This document shows, one piece after another, positions 52,091 through 64,000 of a stretch of DNA of 64,000 nt. A program made the translations under genes and the position numbers. The notes below the pieces were generated by a model. That model did not search any database and was not told the DNA's origin. It was given only the letters and a program-made list of their open reading frames with translations. The stretch covers positions 9,756,101-9,820,100 of the forward strand of contig NC_092677.1 in the NCBI RefSeq assembly GCF_964355755.1, in the 5' to 3' direction. Position 1 is the stretch's first letter; every line of letters starts with the position of its first letter. The stretch is from Antedon mediterranea (taxonomy: Eukaryota > Animalia > Echinodermata).

Positions 52091-53106
52091 TGTTAGCAAT
52101 ATGGCAGATCCCTTACCATTACGGCAAAATAAATTGTCTATTTCTTTGGAAGGAACAAAACTTCTCTAATTATTTTATTGGCATGAGGACATTTCTTATT
52201 CTTACTGGTAATGAACCAGAGTTGTCATAGTCCATTCCAGGAACTTTCTAACTGATATTAATGATAATAATAGGATTATGAATAAACATTAGGCATAATT
52301 AGCTGTAGCCACTTACAGTACGGAAGTAATATGCTTCGTAATCCACAACTTAAACGTCTTGTTTACACGATGGATTTGCTTTTGCGACGGATACGCAATC
52401 ATTCCAGATAAAGGCCTGTTTTGGCAGTTTGTTTAAAAACAGACATTTTTTACGGTCAAATTAATAACCTTAAAAGCTGTACAGGAAAAGTGTTAGATCG
52501 GCCTTGCGTTTGTCAAACTATGCGATAACGTGTTCTTCGCGATAAGCCGTTAGGCAGTAGTCATCGATGTGATGTTGTCGGCCTGTTCCACACTTGTGTT
52601 CATCCATCAAACGATCAGAGCGTAAGATAACGCCACTGTTTGATTGCTCATCAAATTGGCTGTCTTTCGATAATTTCCTTCTGAAGTCTGTCCACTCATT
52701 TAGTGCTAGTCATCGATTTACATGAGTCATTGGGGGTATTCGACAGTCAATTTAATTCATTTCTCGTCTAAATTATTTATAATAAATAAATCGTAATAAT
52801 AAAATTTATAGTAATAACCAGAAAATTATATATTGGAAGTTTTTGTTTAAATTGAAATATTCGTAGTAGTACAGTAAGTCTGATTCCCAATCTTAATCTT
52901 CACCCAATTTTTATTTTTCCATAATTTTTTTCTCTGCCAAGAGACAAGCCTGTAGCCAAGATTGTTACAGGGAAAGTTATCATTTTCAAAAAGGGGCAAA
53001 AATTGTCATTACCATAACTTCCGCTGAAAGTGGCACTTCAGGAAAAGACTTTAAATGTTCATTCATATTTATTCAGCAATATAAATATTTACATTGTTAC
53101 AGGAAT

Positions 53107-53337
53107 CTTGCCTCATCCTTCGGATGGGATGTAAGGCCGTTGGTCCCGTGTACTTAACAGTGCACGTTAAAGAACTTGGTACACTATTCGAAAAGAGTAG
53201 GGGATCGTCTCCCGGTCTGCTGATCTGGTAGGCGCTGCACTGCTGGCTGCCGTGGGTCCGTGGAGGGCCTAATCTGAATTTCCTCAGTTGCCAGTTAAGC
53301 TTGAGGACAAATATAAATACCTTTACCTTTACCCTTT
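53107..53337 (+). mobile_element. 5'-truncated Deu/Nin-domain SINE with (TACCTT)n tail
   Basis: CCTTCGGATGGGATGTAAGGCCG...GCACGTTAAAGAAC...CGAAAAGAGTAGGGG Deu/Nin motif; 3' ~63 bp nearly identical to 21756-21818. Confidence 0.75.
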
Positions 53338-53426
53338 GAAGAAAAAAAATTATCAGAAATAAAAACATAAAATTAAGTTTTAAAGGTACATTTCATTTCG
53401 AAACCTGAGCTGCACTGACGAGATCT

Positions 53427-53459
53427 AATAAGATTGAAACAGTACTGTCTGCAGATTGC

Positions 53460-53493
<34 letters not shown>

Positions 53494-53526
53494 GCAATCT
53501 GCAGACAGTACTGTTTCAATCTTATT
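53427..53526. repeat. 100-bp palindrome: 34-bp perfect arms around (TA)n
   Basis: AATAAGATTGAAACAGTACTGTCTGCAGATTGCA-(TA)n-TGCAATCTGCAGACAGTACTGTTTCAATCTTATT. Confidence 0.9.
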
Positions 53527-56500
53527 GATGTATATATATATATAATATAAAACAAACAATACATAATTATGCATGTACACGCACAGCACGCATAATATAT
53601 GCATATATATTTATATACGAGTGAAACATTTTACATACAGTATGTCTCTTTTAACATATTTTTTTAGTATTTCATTTAGAATTGATTCAATTAGGATATT
53701 CCTTTGTTATTTGTAAAGAACCAATTATTAGCCACTAAAGTTAATATTATATAATAATAAACCAGTTAATCTGGTCATAAATACTAGACAATGTAAAGGT
53801 TATCCCACATCTGCAAAATCAAAAATCATTGAATAATCAACATCTGGTATATTAAACATTTTGGATTTCTCCACATCTGGAATTGCTTTTGAGGGGATTT
53901 TCTTTGCAATTTTCCCTCAAGAATCTGCTCTTATCTCTTCTGACATATCGACACATTCTCGCAATGGGAATTGGTTGTTTTAAAATTAAGTATCTTATCT
54001 ATCGACACTGTGGTGAGATTGTACATGTGTCCGTCCTTGCTTTGATAAATACATTAAACGATAAAAACCCTTTTTTGGGGAAAAATTCACGTCTTGTATC
54101 ATCGTAACCTCGAAAGTGTATGAAAGAATTATATTTTGACACAAACAAGGGGATCCTAATTCCTTAGAGTCCCATAGAGTAATACTGTGTTTTGCTTGAT
54201 AAGATATTGAACAGATTATTTTGCTACATGAAATAGTTTGAGGTGAAAAACATTGGGAATCACTTTCCGCTGTTGTTGAAAAGGCACTTTTTGTTTTCAG
54301 CTAGGCTAATTCAGTCATTGCAAAAATGAGAAGTTTTTTTGGAGTTAAGGACTGAGTTTTATGTGGTTAAGCAGATCAGATGTTTTTTAAGTATGACCAG
54401 TGCTAATTTTGCCATCCCCCAGCCCCCCCCCCCCCCCCCCCCACACACAACTGAACTATAATGTTGGGATACTGTACAATTAAAAATTAAGAGGTGGGTT
54501 TATACACCCTGAAAGTTTAGAAGTTTGTTCTATCCATAGATTTAAATATTGATTGAGATTCTTTATTTTTTTCTATTTGCTTCTCCCTGTCTACTCAAAC
54601 CACTCAGTTTTGAAAAGGCAATTATTGTTTTCAACTATCGTAATAACTAACTGACGGATATATAACCAGGGATGGACTAATACACAAGAGAAAATAGCGG
54701 AGAAATAGGTATGTTTACCTACCTCCTCTCTAGAATTGTTCACGTTTTTTAAACTTGTAATGGTCATGTGTGGTTGTATCTACTAGATTTCTGGTTGAAT
54801 ATACATACTTTAAAATTAAAGGCTGACATTTTTATCACAGTTCACATTCTTCTGCTGGCCAGGAATTCAATATTGCGTGCAGTAAAAAAAATCTTATTTT
54901 TAATACCTACATTTTTCACAAATGAATACGTTCCAAACAATGTAATGCACATCTTTTGATAACATGAATAGGATGCGTGACATACTAACATCAATTTTAT
55001 CTAGACTAAAAAAATAATTAAATTTAGGTTAAAAGACATTACGGCTACAAACAAGATTAAAATAAAATACCCATTAATAATTTAATTTATACCCGGCTTT
55101 ATGCAGATTAGAAAAAAAAATAATTTAAATTTGTTGGCATGGCACATTGACTTCTTTAGCTCTGTTTACACATTCTCTATCAGAGGTCATGTTTTTGCTG
55201 CGAAAAGTTATTAAATATGTGAATAAATTAACCCCAATTTCTTGACAGCAGAAACAGGACAAATTTTCAGTAACCAGTTTAAATGCCACCTTGAAAATTA
55301 CGGTTACAACACCCAATTGAATTCGGTGCTAGAACGCCATTTAACGTGCTGTTTGCTGCAATGCAAAATAACAGTTTTGACTGACAGCCACTGCAGTAAC
55401 GTTTGAATTGACCACCAGAGCCCTTTGCATTTTGGGTAATGCTACAATTTCAACAACCACCCGCTGGTCTTAATGGTTATTTAGGAGCACAAATTTATTA
55501 TAAATGCAATTGATATTCAGTATGTAGAAACCTTTAAGATATTGTTGCATTAATTAACAATATGAAAGAGAAGAAAAGTATAAACTTGTAGTTTATATTG
55601 AAAATGAAATATATTTATTATTTTAAAACTCAAACAGTTTTGTAGTAGAAGTTGTACAGTTAGTAGTATAAATTGAGTTGTTTATCAACACTCTACAGCA
55701 ATGTATATTTAGTGACTTTTATTCTAAAATGTCATCACCCCTTAACACACTTAGCAAAGTTGTCATTGTAGGTGTAAAAATGTCCGGTCATGAGCCTTGA
55801 ACGTGTTGGTCAATAATGGACAGCGTAATTAGCCATCATTCACATCCCGAATTCATAATTTACTTAGCACCTTCGCTTTCCTGTACAGCGGCAATCGTCT
55901 AATAAACAACATCATCCGAAAGTAACAATGTGAAGCGTATTGATAATAAAAAAAGATGACAGTTTGTAATTGAATAGTATTTGGCAGGAGTTGGTATGAC
56001 AGCGCAGCAGCCATGGCTGACAGACAGAGAGTTTGCAAAGATTGCCGTCGCAATTATCCTCTGACTCATGCATTAGGATTTAAAATGTTCGTCCTGTGCG
56101 ATATGTTGCCGATTACCCTTGTTTTATTGTGTATGTATAAGTTGATTGATCTAAACAGGAGTGTAGGAAGATTTTCTCAAAGTCATTTTTTATTCTTCAC
56201 TGGAAATGTAATTGTCTTATTTTTGTTGCAATTTAAAATCATATTTCCAAAACACAAGGTTTGGGAGTTATTTTACATTAAAACATATAAAAATATCTGA
56301 ATTAATATAAAGAATTATATTTGTGGAATACAAATTTTCTTTTAAATTTAAGAGATTTTAAAATCGATTCCAAAATAAATTCTAAAATGTTCAAGAAGAT
56401 CAAATATTGCAATTGCATCCATTCCATTTAAGGATTTTACACTCTGCCTGAATATAATTTTTTTTCACAAATATTAATGAATGTTGAATGGATATAAACA

Positions 56501-58325
56501 TTTAATGAGGACTGTGTTAAATAGGATAAGCTTTCAATGAAAATATTCTACTTATTCAACAACAATAAAGTAGTAATACAGTACAAACCGTTCATGTATT
56601 TATAACACACCTACTCTTTAAAAGTAAACTTTATTCAATTATTCCGCTGCTTTTATCTTTAATCAACGTCAAAGGCTAGACAATAGACTAGGTCATTAAA
56701 ATCGGAATCTCACCAATTTTGTCCACAAAGTATAGATGGCACACACTACAGGTTGTCGCCAACTTTGGGTTGCACAAAAGTTATAACTTTTTACTTTAAA
56801 GCTGCGATGTAATAGCATCATTGAATAGAACTAATGAGAATGACCATGATGAACATTAAACCAATCAAATAACAATGGATACACATGTACAATGATGTGT
56901 TATAACAAGGCCAATACGTGGCTGTAGTCGCATGCTCAAATTTTAGTTAGTGTTTACTAACCAACATAGTGGCCTATGGAGTCGCGTTTGTATGCGACTA
57001 AAATATATAGTTAGTAACCAGTTCCATAGGCCTGATTCTTGTATTTTCAAATATTAAATGGTATTCATTATACCAACAGTGAAGCATTATTTTATATTAA
57101 GTGATTGACATGTAATTAACATTAAATACGTCAATCTGCAACCTAATTTAATTTCATTATTAATTTTCACTTTGATGTCGTTCTTCAATTTTAGATAAAA
57201 GTTACTCTTATTTTTAGTTGTTTTTTGTAGAAATGAAACCTTATGCAATGATACGTGTTGAAACGTTTCCATTTTTGTACAAAAATATAAGATTTTCGAG
57301 AGCTAAACACAACATACTTTTATACTTAAAATCCTCCCCTATGGAATTAAGCATTTGCTGTTAGACATTCGTTGCGCTTTAAATAATAAAATATGTCACT
57401 TATCAATCTTGCATGTTGATTCGATTGAATTTAGCATTAACTGACCCCCAGATGAATTTAGTTGTCAAAGCATGTATGACCTTTGACCCAGTATAAGTCT
57501 AGTCTTTATCCTAGGTTTAAAATTTAACATTTACTTCACAAAAATAGTTTTTCTGTTTCATTCTTTTAAAATTGATGTCAAATTTTAATCGTCTAACATT
57601 TTCCCAAGAGAATTTGGATCAGTAGTTCCATATTCCTGTGGGATAGTTTCGAAGACACTTGGTTCCCCTTGTTTTGTGTGTGCTCTTGATGGGCGGACTT
57701 GCGAGTCCGCGAGGAGAATCTATGGCGCCAGACATAATTTTATCAATACACAGGGCGTAGGATTGCTAATCTCTCCCTAATACCTATCAAGAACGGTGTA
57801 ATGTAAACCACATGGTAAGTATGGCAACACTTATGTTATTGTTCAGAACATCAATGTAACATTGTTTTTATATTCCCTTCTCAACAAATGACTGTATTAA
57901 ATAGCTTTTGAAAATATATACTTTGTAAAGTTAATAGTACGAGTTGAAATGAAACTTATTTTCAGCCTACCTAATAAGATTATCTGTACAAAATACATGT
58001 ACTGTAGGCCTATTTTTTTAAAGTTTGTCTGTCTGTTAAGATTGTTTGCTTCCCTCTATTTTTTGTTACCGCCACCCAGGAGATTATTTTCACACCTCGG
58101 TTTGTTTTTTAAAATAAGTTTAGGTCCTTATTTTAGATTATACACAGCCATGCCGCAATGTAAGCCAATGTTGAAATTATGCCATGTTAAAATTTCCAGC
58201 ACTTAATTTCCAGCACTTAATTTCCAATTCTTAAGTTCAATTCTTTTCCGAAAGTAGATTCTCATTATTTGATTAGAGGATTGTAGATCACATGATATTC
58301 AATAAAATATGCCTACGTCACCAAG

Positions 58326-58577
58326 AGTGCAATTTTGATTTAATGTGAGTGCAATTTCGTTATATGCTAGTGCAATGTTGTTATAATGTTAGTGCAATTT
58401 CGTTATAATGTGAGTGCAACTTTGTTATAATGCCAGTTCAATTTTGTTGTGATGCGAGTGCAATTTTGTTGTACTGTATGCAGGTGCAATTTTGTTATAT
58501 GCGAGTGTAATTTTGTTATAATATACTGTAAGTGCAACTTCATGCGAGTGCAATTTCTTTACATGCAAGTGCAATAT
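58326..58577. repeat. Degenerate ~22-25-bp tandem repeat (GTGCAATTTTGTTATA..)n
   Basis: About 11 recurrences of the GTGCAA core. Confidence 0.8.
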
Positions 58578-59247
58578 ATCCATAAACATTTATTTTCAGT
58601 AATGACATTACTTGGGAGAGCAAGTTTAGATAAAAATATGTTTTTTACTCAATTTAGGCAAATAATAACTGTTGATAAATGATTTTCTTGTGTGTCTCAA
58701 TGAATAATTTGTGTTTTGTGTTCAATGTCTAGTTGTGATGTCACAAACTTCACATTCATGTCGCATCTCAATTTGACAATACTTGCAAATATATGGATAT
58801 ATCTTTTTCTTTTCTATTGAAATACTCATTTCATTAGGAAAATGTTGGCTTGTATAGAGACCATTTAACTATAAACGTAACTCTAATCCCGCTAATATCA
58901 GTTCTAAAAGCACTTTCGAATTGCAGATGATGATGCACTTCATTATCTGTCTTATTCAATGGTTTTGTATTAAATCTAATAGTTGCATTCTTATCACTAA
59001 ATGAGTTTTTCTGTTTCTGTGTATTTGAATTTGAGGAAACTTGAGTAACGTTACAGGCGATTTGATTTCACTTTTAAAATCATTCTTCTTGGTTTTTAAA
59101 AAACATGATTTTGCTTAGTTTGATACAAGTTTAACTGTAACGCTCCTATTTATTTCTCAGTGTGTAATTTTATTATTAGTAAAGCAAAACCTCTCAAAAA
59201 GGTATTGTACCGGTAAACATAAAAATTCTTTGGCCATGCACTTCTAA

Positions 59248-59377
59248 AGCTCCATATATGGACATGATGATGTCATATCACTACCATATATGGACTTATC
59301 ACTACCGTATTTGGGCACATCACTACCATATTTTATTCACATCTTAATGTTTTGTCAATGATAGTGTAGACAGAGCT
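59248..59377. mobile_element. PIF/Harbinger-type MITE, family A copy 10 (left TIR mostly deleted)
   Basis: AGCTC then core; right TIR intact; TSD TAA/TAA. Confidence 0.8.
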
Positions 59378-61475
59378 TAAGATGTAATCTTTGTCTTTAC
59401 TCCTTATTTCTTCTCCTTTTTCCTTGTAACAGTATTTTTGTTTGTTTTGTTTTTTAGTTAAAATGTGTCAAACCTTCCCAGGACCATTGCGGTTATTTTG
59501 ATACCCCATTTGTAAGCATGTGTGAACATACATATAAATGCTCCCTTGTCTTATAACGTAGATAATTCCTTTTATATAACACTTTATATTTTGGCATCAT
59601 TCTAGTAGCACTTTAGTCATCTTCAAAAATCCTCTCAAAACATCATTTGATTTCCAATATTTGTTCAAAACACTTGCGTGATGATCTATCAAAAATATAG
59701 CACAGTGAAATTTAAAATGGAGAACAGGTCTCAGCGGAAGTTCATCATCGCCATCAATACCGGAAACATCACGATATTAAGTGATCATGTGACGCGGTTG
59801 TTACCGAGATAGATTGACAAGTCTTGATGTGATTACATGGTTGTTGAGATTGTTGTTACTAATGCCTGCGTTACAGTTGTTAAAGTGTTGCATTGCGTAA
59901 TCGTTACTTTTTAGGATACACTATAATCCTCTAAAATATCTACTGTCTGTTGTAAACATACCGTATACAGTACCATACTCCTAATGCGTGTGTAAGCTTG
60001 TCTTTCTGTTGAAAAATCCCAAAAGAACAGTTTCTTCCAAACATTGTTTTGGTAGTTTGTTCATGTTTGTTGCAGCCTAATTATTACTCAAAATTAAATT
60101 TGTTTCTTGTTTTGGTGATCGTTTGTGGTTAGGTACGTAATGACGTCATTATCTGCAGAGAGTAGTCAGATGTTCGCGCCATCCAGAAAACTTCTGAGGT
60201 GAGTTCAAATTGAGATATTTTTGCAGCTAAAAATTGTGTCAATCAAGATCGGAGTCAATTATGTTGTTTGAGATTATGAAATTGGCTTTTTTTTTTTTCC
60301 TTTTTTTTTAATATGGATTTAATGGAAAAAATATTCTCGTGCTCACTAGAAACATGGAAGTATTACAACCATGATAGAAATGATCCCTTTATCTGTAAGT
60401 GCAAAAAATGTGAAATGAAATTTTGTTACTGACCTAGATCTAGGTTTTTGATAAAGAGGGGGCAGATATGGGAAAAATAATCGTCTAGGGGGGTCCAGAA
60501 AATTGTTTTTTTAGACGCCCGGAGATAGCATCTGAGGCGTTTTGGCCAGTCGATTCTTGTCATATAATTATCTGAATATAGTGGGTTTTATAGACCATAT
60601 TTAATAGCCTATATGGAATTGGGTTTTTTTTGCGCCTAAAGCCTGTTTTCCCATCGCAAATTTTTACACATTTTTTACGCGATCGTTAATGGTTTCTTGG
60701 TTTACTTTAGGAAATTGAAAAAGTTACGGGTTTTGATGCTTCAACCCAGCTGGTCTAGGACATGTTTTCGCTGATATCTTAATCTAGTTTTTACACTAAA
60801 AACAAACATTAAATTAAATTGTTTTTATATTAAAATTTAGTTTTACTTACACTTGTTATTTTGAAATATCAGATTTTAAAAGAGTACAAAAAACATCATC
60901 GCGTTGTAAAAAATCAAGAATTGTCAGCACGTACGTATTTTTTCACAAACAATGATGACGTAATTTATGAACTATTTGATTGGTCAGTCAGTTTTACCGA
61001 TCGTAACGTTGAAGTTGAACTCGGTTCAACTTTTAAAAAAATTGAAGATTTTAACGATTTTTAATGTTGATTTGTACCCCCTTTTCCTGTAAAATCGTTG
61101 TTGAAATCGTATGTAAATGGGTGCATATTAAATATATATATTACAAAAGGTGGGGGGGCGGGCCTAAATCCGCCCCTGCTGACTGTTGTTGTATAGCCTC
61201 AAATAACATGGTTTAAAAAGTGTCATCATCAATTAAAAAAGTGCAAAATCATTAACTATCTAACATTTCATTTTTTACTAATTAATTTTAATTAAAGATG
61301 AATATAGATTATCTGTATGTATTAAATTATAAGTATTTCAATGAAAGCTGGATGCAAAAGATTATTATAAAGAAAGTAAGAAAAAATACTTTCTTTCTTG
61401 AATTTTACTCTTTGAAAAAGGTTTTGTGAAAAGTGTGGTTGATCTATAGAATCTAGATAGTTTGTATTAGTGTTA

Positions 61476-61596
61476 AGCTCTGTCTATCAAACTTTATGTG
61501 ACAAAAATGTGATGTATGGACATGATGTCATATCACTACCAAATTTGGGCACATCATACTTTTTTGTTAAACTAGTTTGATAGTGTAAACAGAGCT
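61476..61596. mobile_element. PIF/Harbinger-type MITE, family A copy 11
   Basis: Both TIRs; TSD TTA/TTA. Confidence 0.85.
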
Positions 61597-64000
61597 TTAG
61601 AATGAATTACAGTGGGTAGTGAATTAAGTGGTTAACATAAAAAGGTGTAGAATATCAAGGAGTGGACATGTTAACAAAAGCGAGAAGCAGAAAATTAGAT
61701 ACGGCACCTAGAAAGAGAGTGAATTAAAGAAAAAGAGTTTAAAAGTAACCCCCTTTTTCTCAAGTGCCTTTTCAAACTTGTAGACCTAACCTAGTCTAAC
61801 TCCTTATCGTGTTTGTTGAAAAAAATCCTAGTTACTGGCTTAATTGGGTTTTTCTTCTTTTCATGGTTATTCTTAGCAAAAGTTTGCAAAAGTTTTCCTA
61901 ACTTTCTTACATTCCTTAATACATTTGGATAAGTGTAAACCGACACTGCAAAGTGATATTAATATTTTCAATTTTAATTTAATTTGTTTACAATACAGAG
62001 AGAAATATACTATTTCTTGTCCCAAAGGATGCATGTTATTTAAGTATACCCTAAATACATATTAATTAATAATCATTATGTCAACTAATGGCGCAACATA
62101 AGCAACATATTTGGTTTAGGATGTGAAATATACAAAGTCATGTTCTCCACTTACAGATACTTTTCCCTCGTTAAATATTCACTAATTGAATTTAAACAGC
62201 ATTGTATTAATTATTTCCCATACAGTGCATGCACTGCAAGTCTATATTTACCAAGTTTGAGCTAAATAATCAACAAAGTGCATGGGGCACTGTTCACTGT
62301 CAAAATTAGAATACGTCGTCTGCTATCACTAAACACTGTCGTCCGCCATAACTAACGCTGTCGTCCGCTTAGATATGCAGTTTTTGTATGTCATCTCTGT
62401 TTCATACCTCCTAGCTTCTATAATCTGTTAAGTTGTAGTGTGTTCTTATTTCAGAAAGTTAATTAATTTTTTATTATTTCTATTATTAATGCCAATTATG
62501 TGATAATTTGATACATAGATCATGTCTGGAAAACATTTAGAAATTAAAACAATACTGTTCAAGAGTTTCCTTGTAATTATCTTTGTCAAATAATACTGGC
62601 TGATTATTAAAGTATTAATAGTACTTGTTGGCGTAGAAGATTTTAGCTTGAGAGTTTGAGAACGAGTTTTACAAAGTTGTCAATTCATTAACAAATAATT
62701 TGTTAAACATTGCTTAACTGTTCTTTATTGTATGATTGTTCACACCAGAATTGGAATGTTTTTGTTTCCCATTAAAAAGAGAGATCAATCATGTTCTCTA
62801 TTCAATAGTATACCATAGGAATACTACATTGAACTATATAAAGTGATGCATTAAAAAATGTCTTGTCTCCCAAATTATGATTACGCCATTCTGTAGTATT
62901 AATGAAGTTATTCACTTTTGAAACAAACAAAACAAAAATTATGATATCGATTATAAAAAATCAAATTTAACCAGAAACTATGGATTTGCAGGCACTTTTG
63001 GTTTTGTCAGTTACGATACATATTTTTTTTCCATCTAATTTTTTGTCAAAGTGAGTAAACATACACATAAAATGGCCAAAAAATATTTATAAAAAAAATT
63101 TCAGGTTAACAATCATGAGAGGATCCATGATTTTTTGGGAGCATTACCTTTGTAATATTAAATCTTTGGCAAAAATAGATAACAAAAAGTAGGCCTAGTT
63201 CATAATTTCATTGTAACTGTCAACAAGTGAGCACACGCGCCCATACGCTATCCCTGTAATCTAGTTGTTTAATATATCCATGGTATACTTTAATACCAGC
63301 AATATATTCATCAGCAAAGACACACCCCTGCTTCTTATTTAACATTTGTTGTCCCAGCTCACAATTATACGAATGTATATATCTGCAATTCATCTATAGC
63401 TATCAGCTTGATAAAAAAAAGTGTCATAAATATGAAACTTAGGATGGGTGTGGATTCCTTTCTAATTATCTATAGTCTCCGTGCAGACTGCAGATTGGTT
63501 TTCAATCCGACATCAACAGACATTAATGTCAGATGAATTTTTAATTTGCGTCATGTGTTTGGTGTTGTACAGATTTAGGTATAAATAAAGTTGTTTTGAT
63601 ATTTGACGAGTTGATAGATGTACTTTAATCGTTGGAGTAAAAAATATACATTTATCTAGCAGCTCAGCTTACACGCACTAGAGTTCCGTGCATGTTTAAG
63701 CCTATCCAAATCCATTGGCAGTAAGTGCTAATTGTTTGGTCAGTTATTACTCTCTTATACCTCCGTTTAATGGTAGACAAGCTCTTCTTATTGGAAGTGT
63801 ATCAAATGTTTAACAGTGTAGTTTTAAATAGATTTCAGAATACTAATTTGCAAAACTGCATTGTAATTCCGATAGACCAATTTTTCACTGTGACAAAGAA
63901 AAAAAGCGTTCTTACTTGAAAAGAGTCATTGTCGCAATCAAATAAAGTCTGGCCTACTTACCATGGCTATTTTTGAACTATAATTATTTCATGATTTAAA

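Noticed and set aside
60455-61178. Possible GGGGCGGAT-ended MITE with nested insert
   Set aside because: Only the right end (CTAAATCCGCCCCTG) is clear; left end and TSD could not be confirmed

Overview
AT-rich, intron-containing eukaryotic genomic DNA, most consistent with a marine invertebrate. Deu/Nin-type SINEs and CUB-LDLa and CHST genes are present, but the species cannot be fixed from sequence alone. Three spliced protein-coding genes were reconstructed by hand with consistent splice phases. (1) A + strand 5-exon gene (8114-12312, ~354 aa) encodes an unrecognised secreted proprotein: signal peptide, RQRR furin-type site, two EF-hands and two related Cys-rich domains separated by RSRR. 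(2) A - strand 4-exon gene (34916-17765, ~315 aa) encodes a signal peptide-CUB-LDLa-TM protein with a PDZ-type C-terminus. (3) A + strand Golgi carbohydrate sulfotransferase (CHST8-14 family, 22373-24449, ~353 aa) is nested antisense inside the 15.4-kb first intron of gene 2. The same intron holds a 5S rRNA+tRNA chimeric SINE, a LINE endonuclease relic and a 5.1-kb CAC...GTG DNA transposon. That transposon has a 4-bp TSD, a decayed Chapaev-like (RAG1/Transib-related) transposase and asymmetric two-block ends spaced 12 vs 22 bp. Eleven copies of one PIF/Harbinger-type MITE, several other MITEs, SINE relics and minisatellites are scattered throughout. No convincing coding sequence was found in 35-64 kb. 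Most ORFs in the supplied track are spurious. No CRISPR array or prokaryotic features were found.
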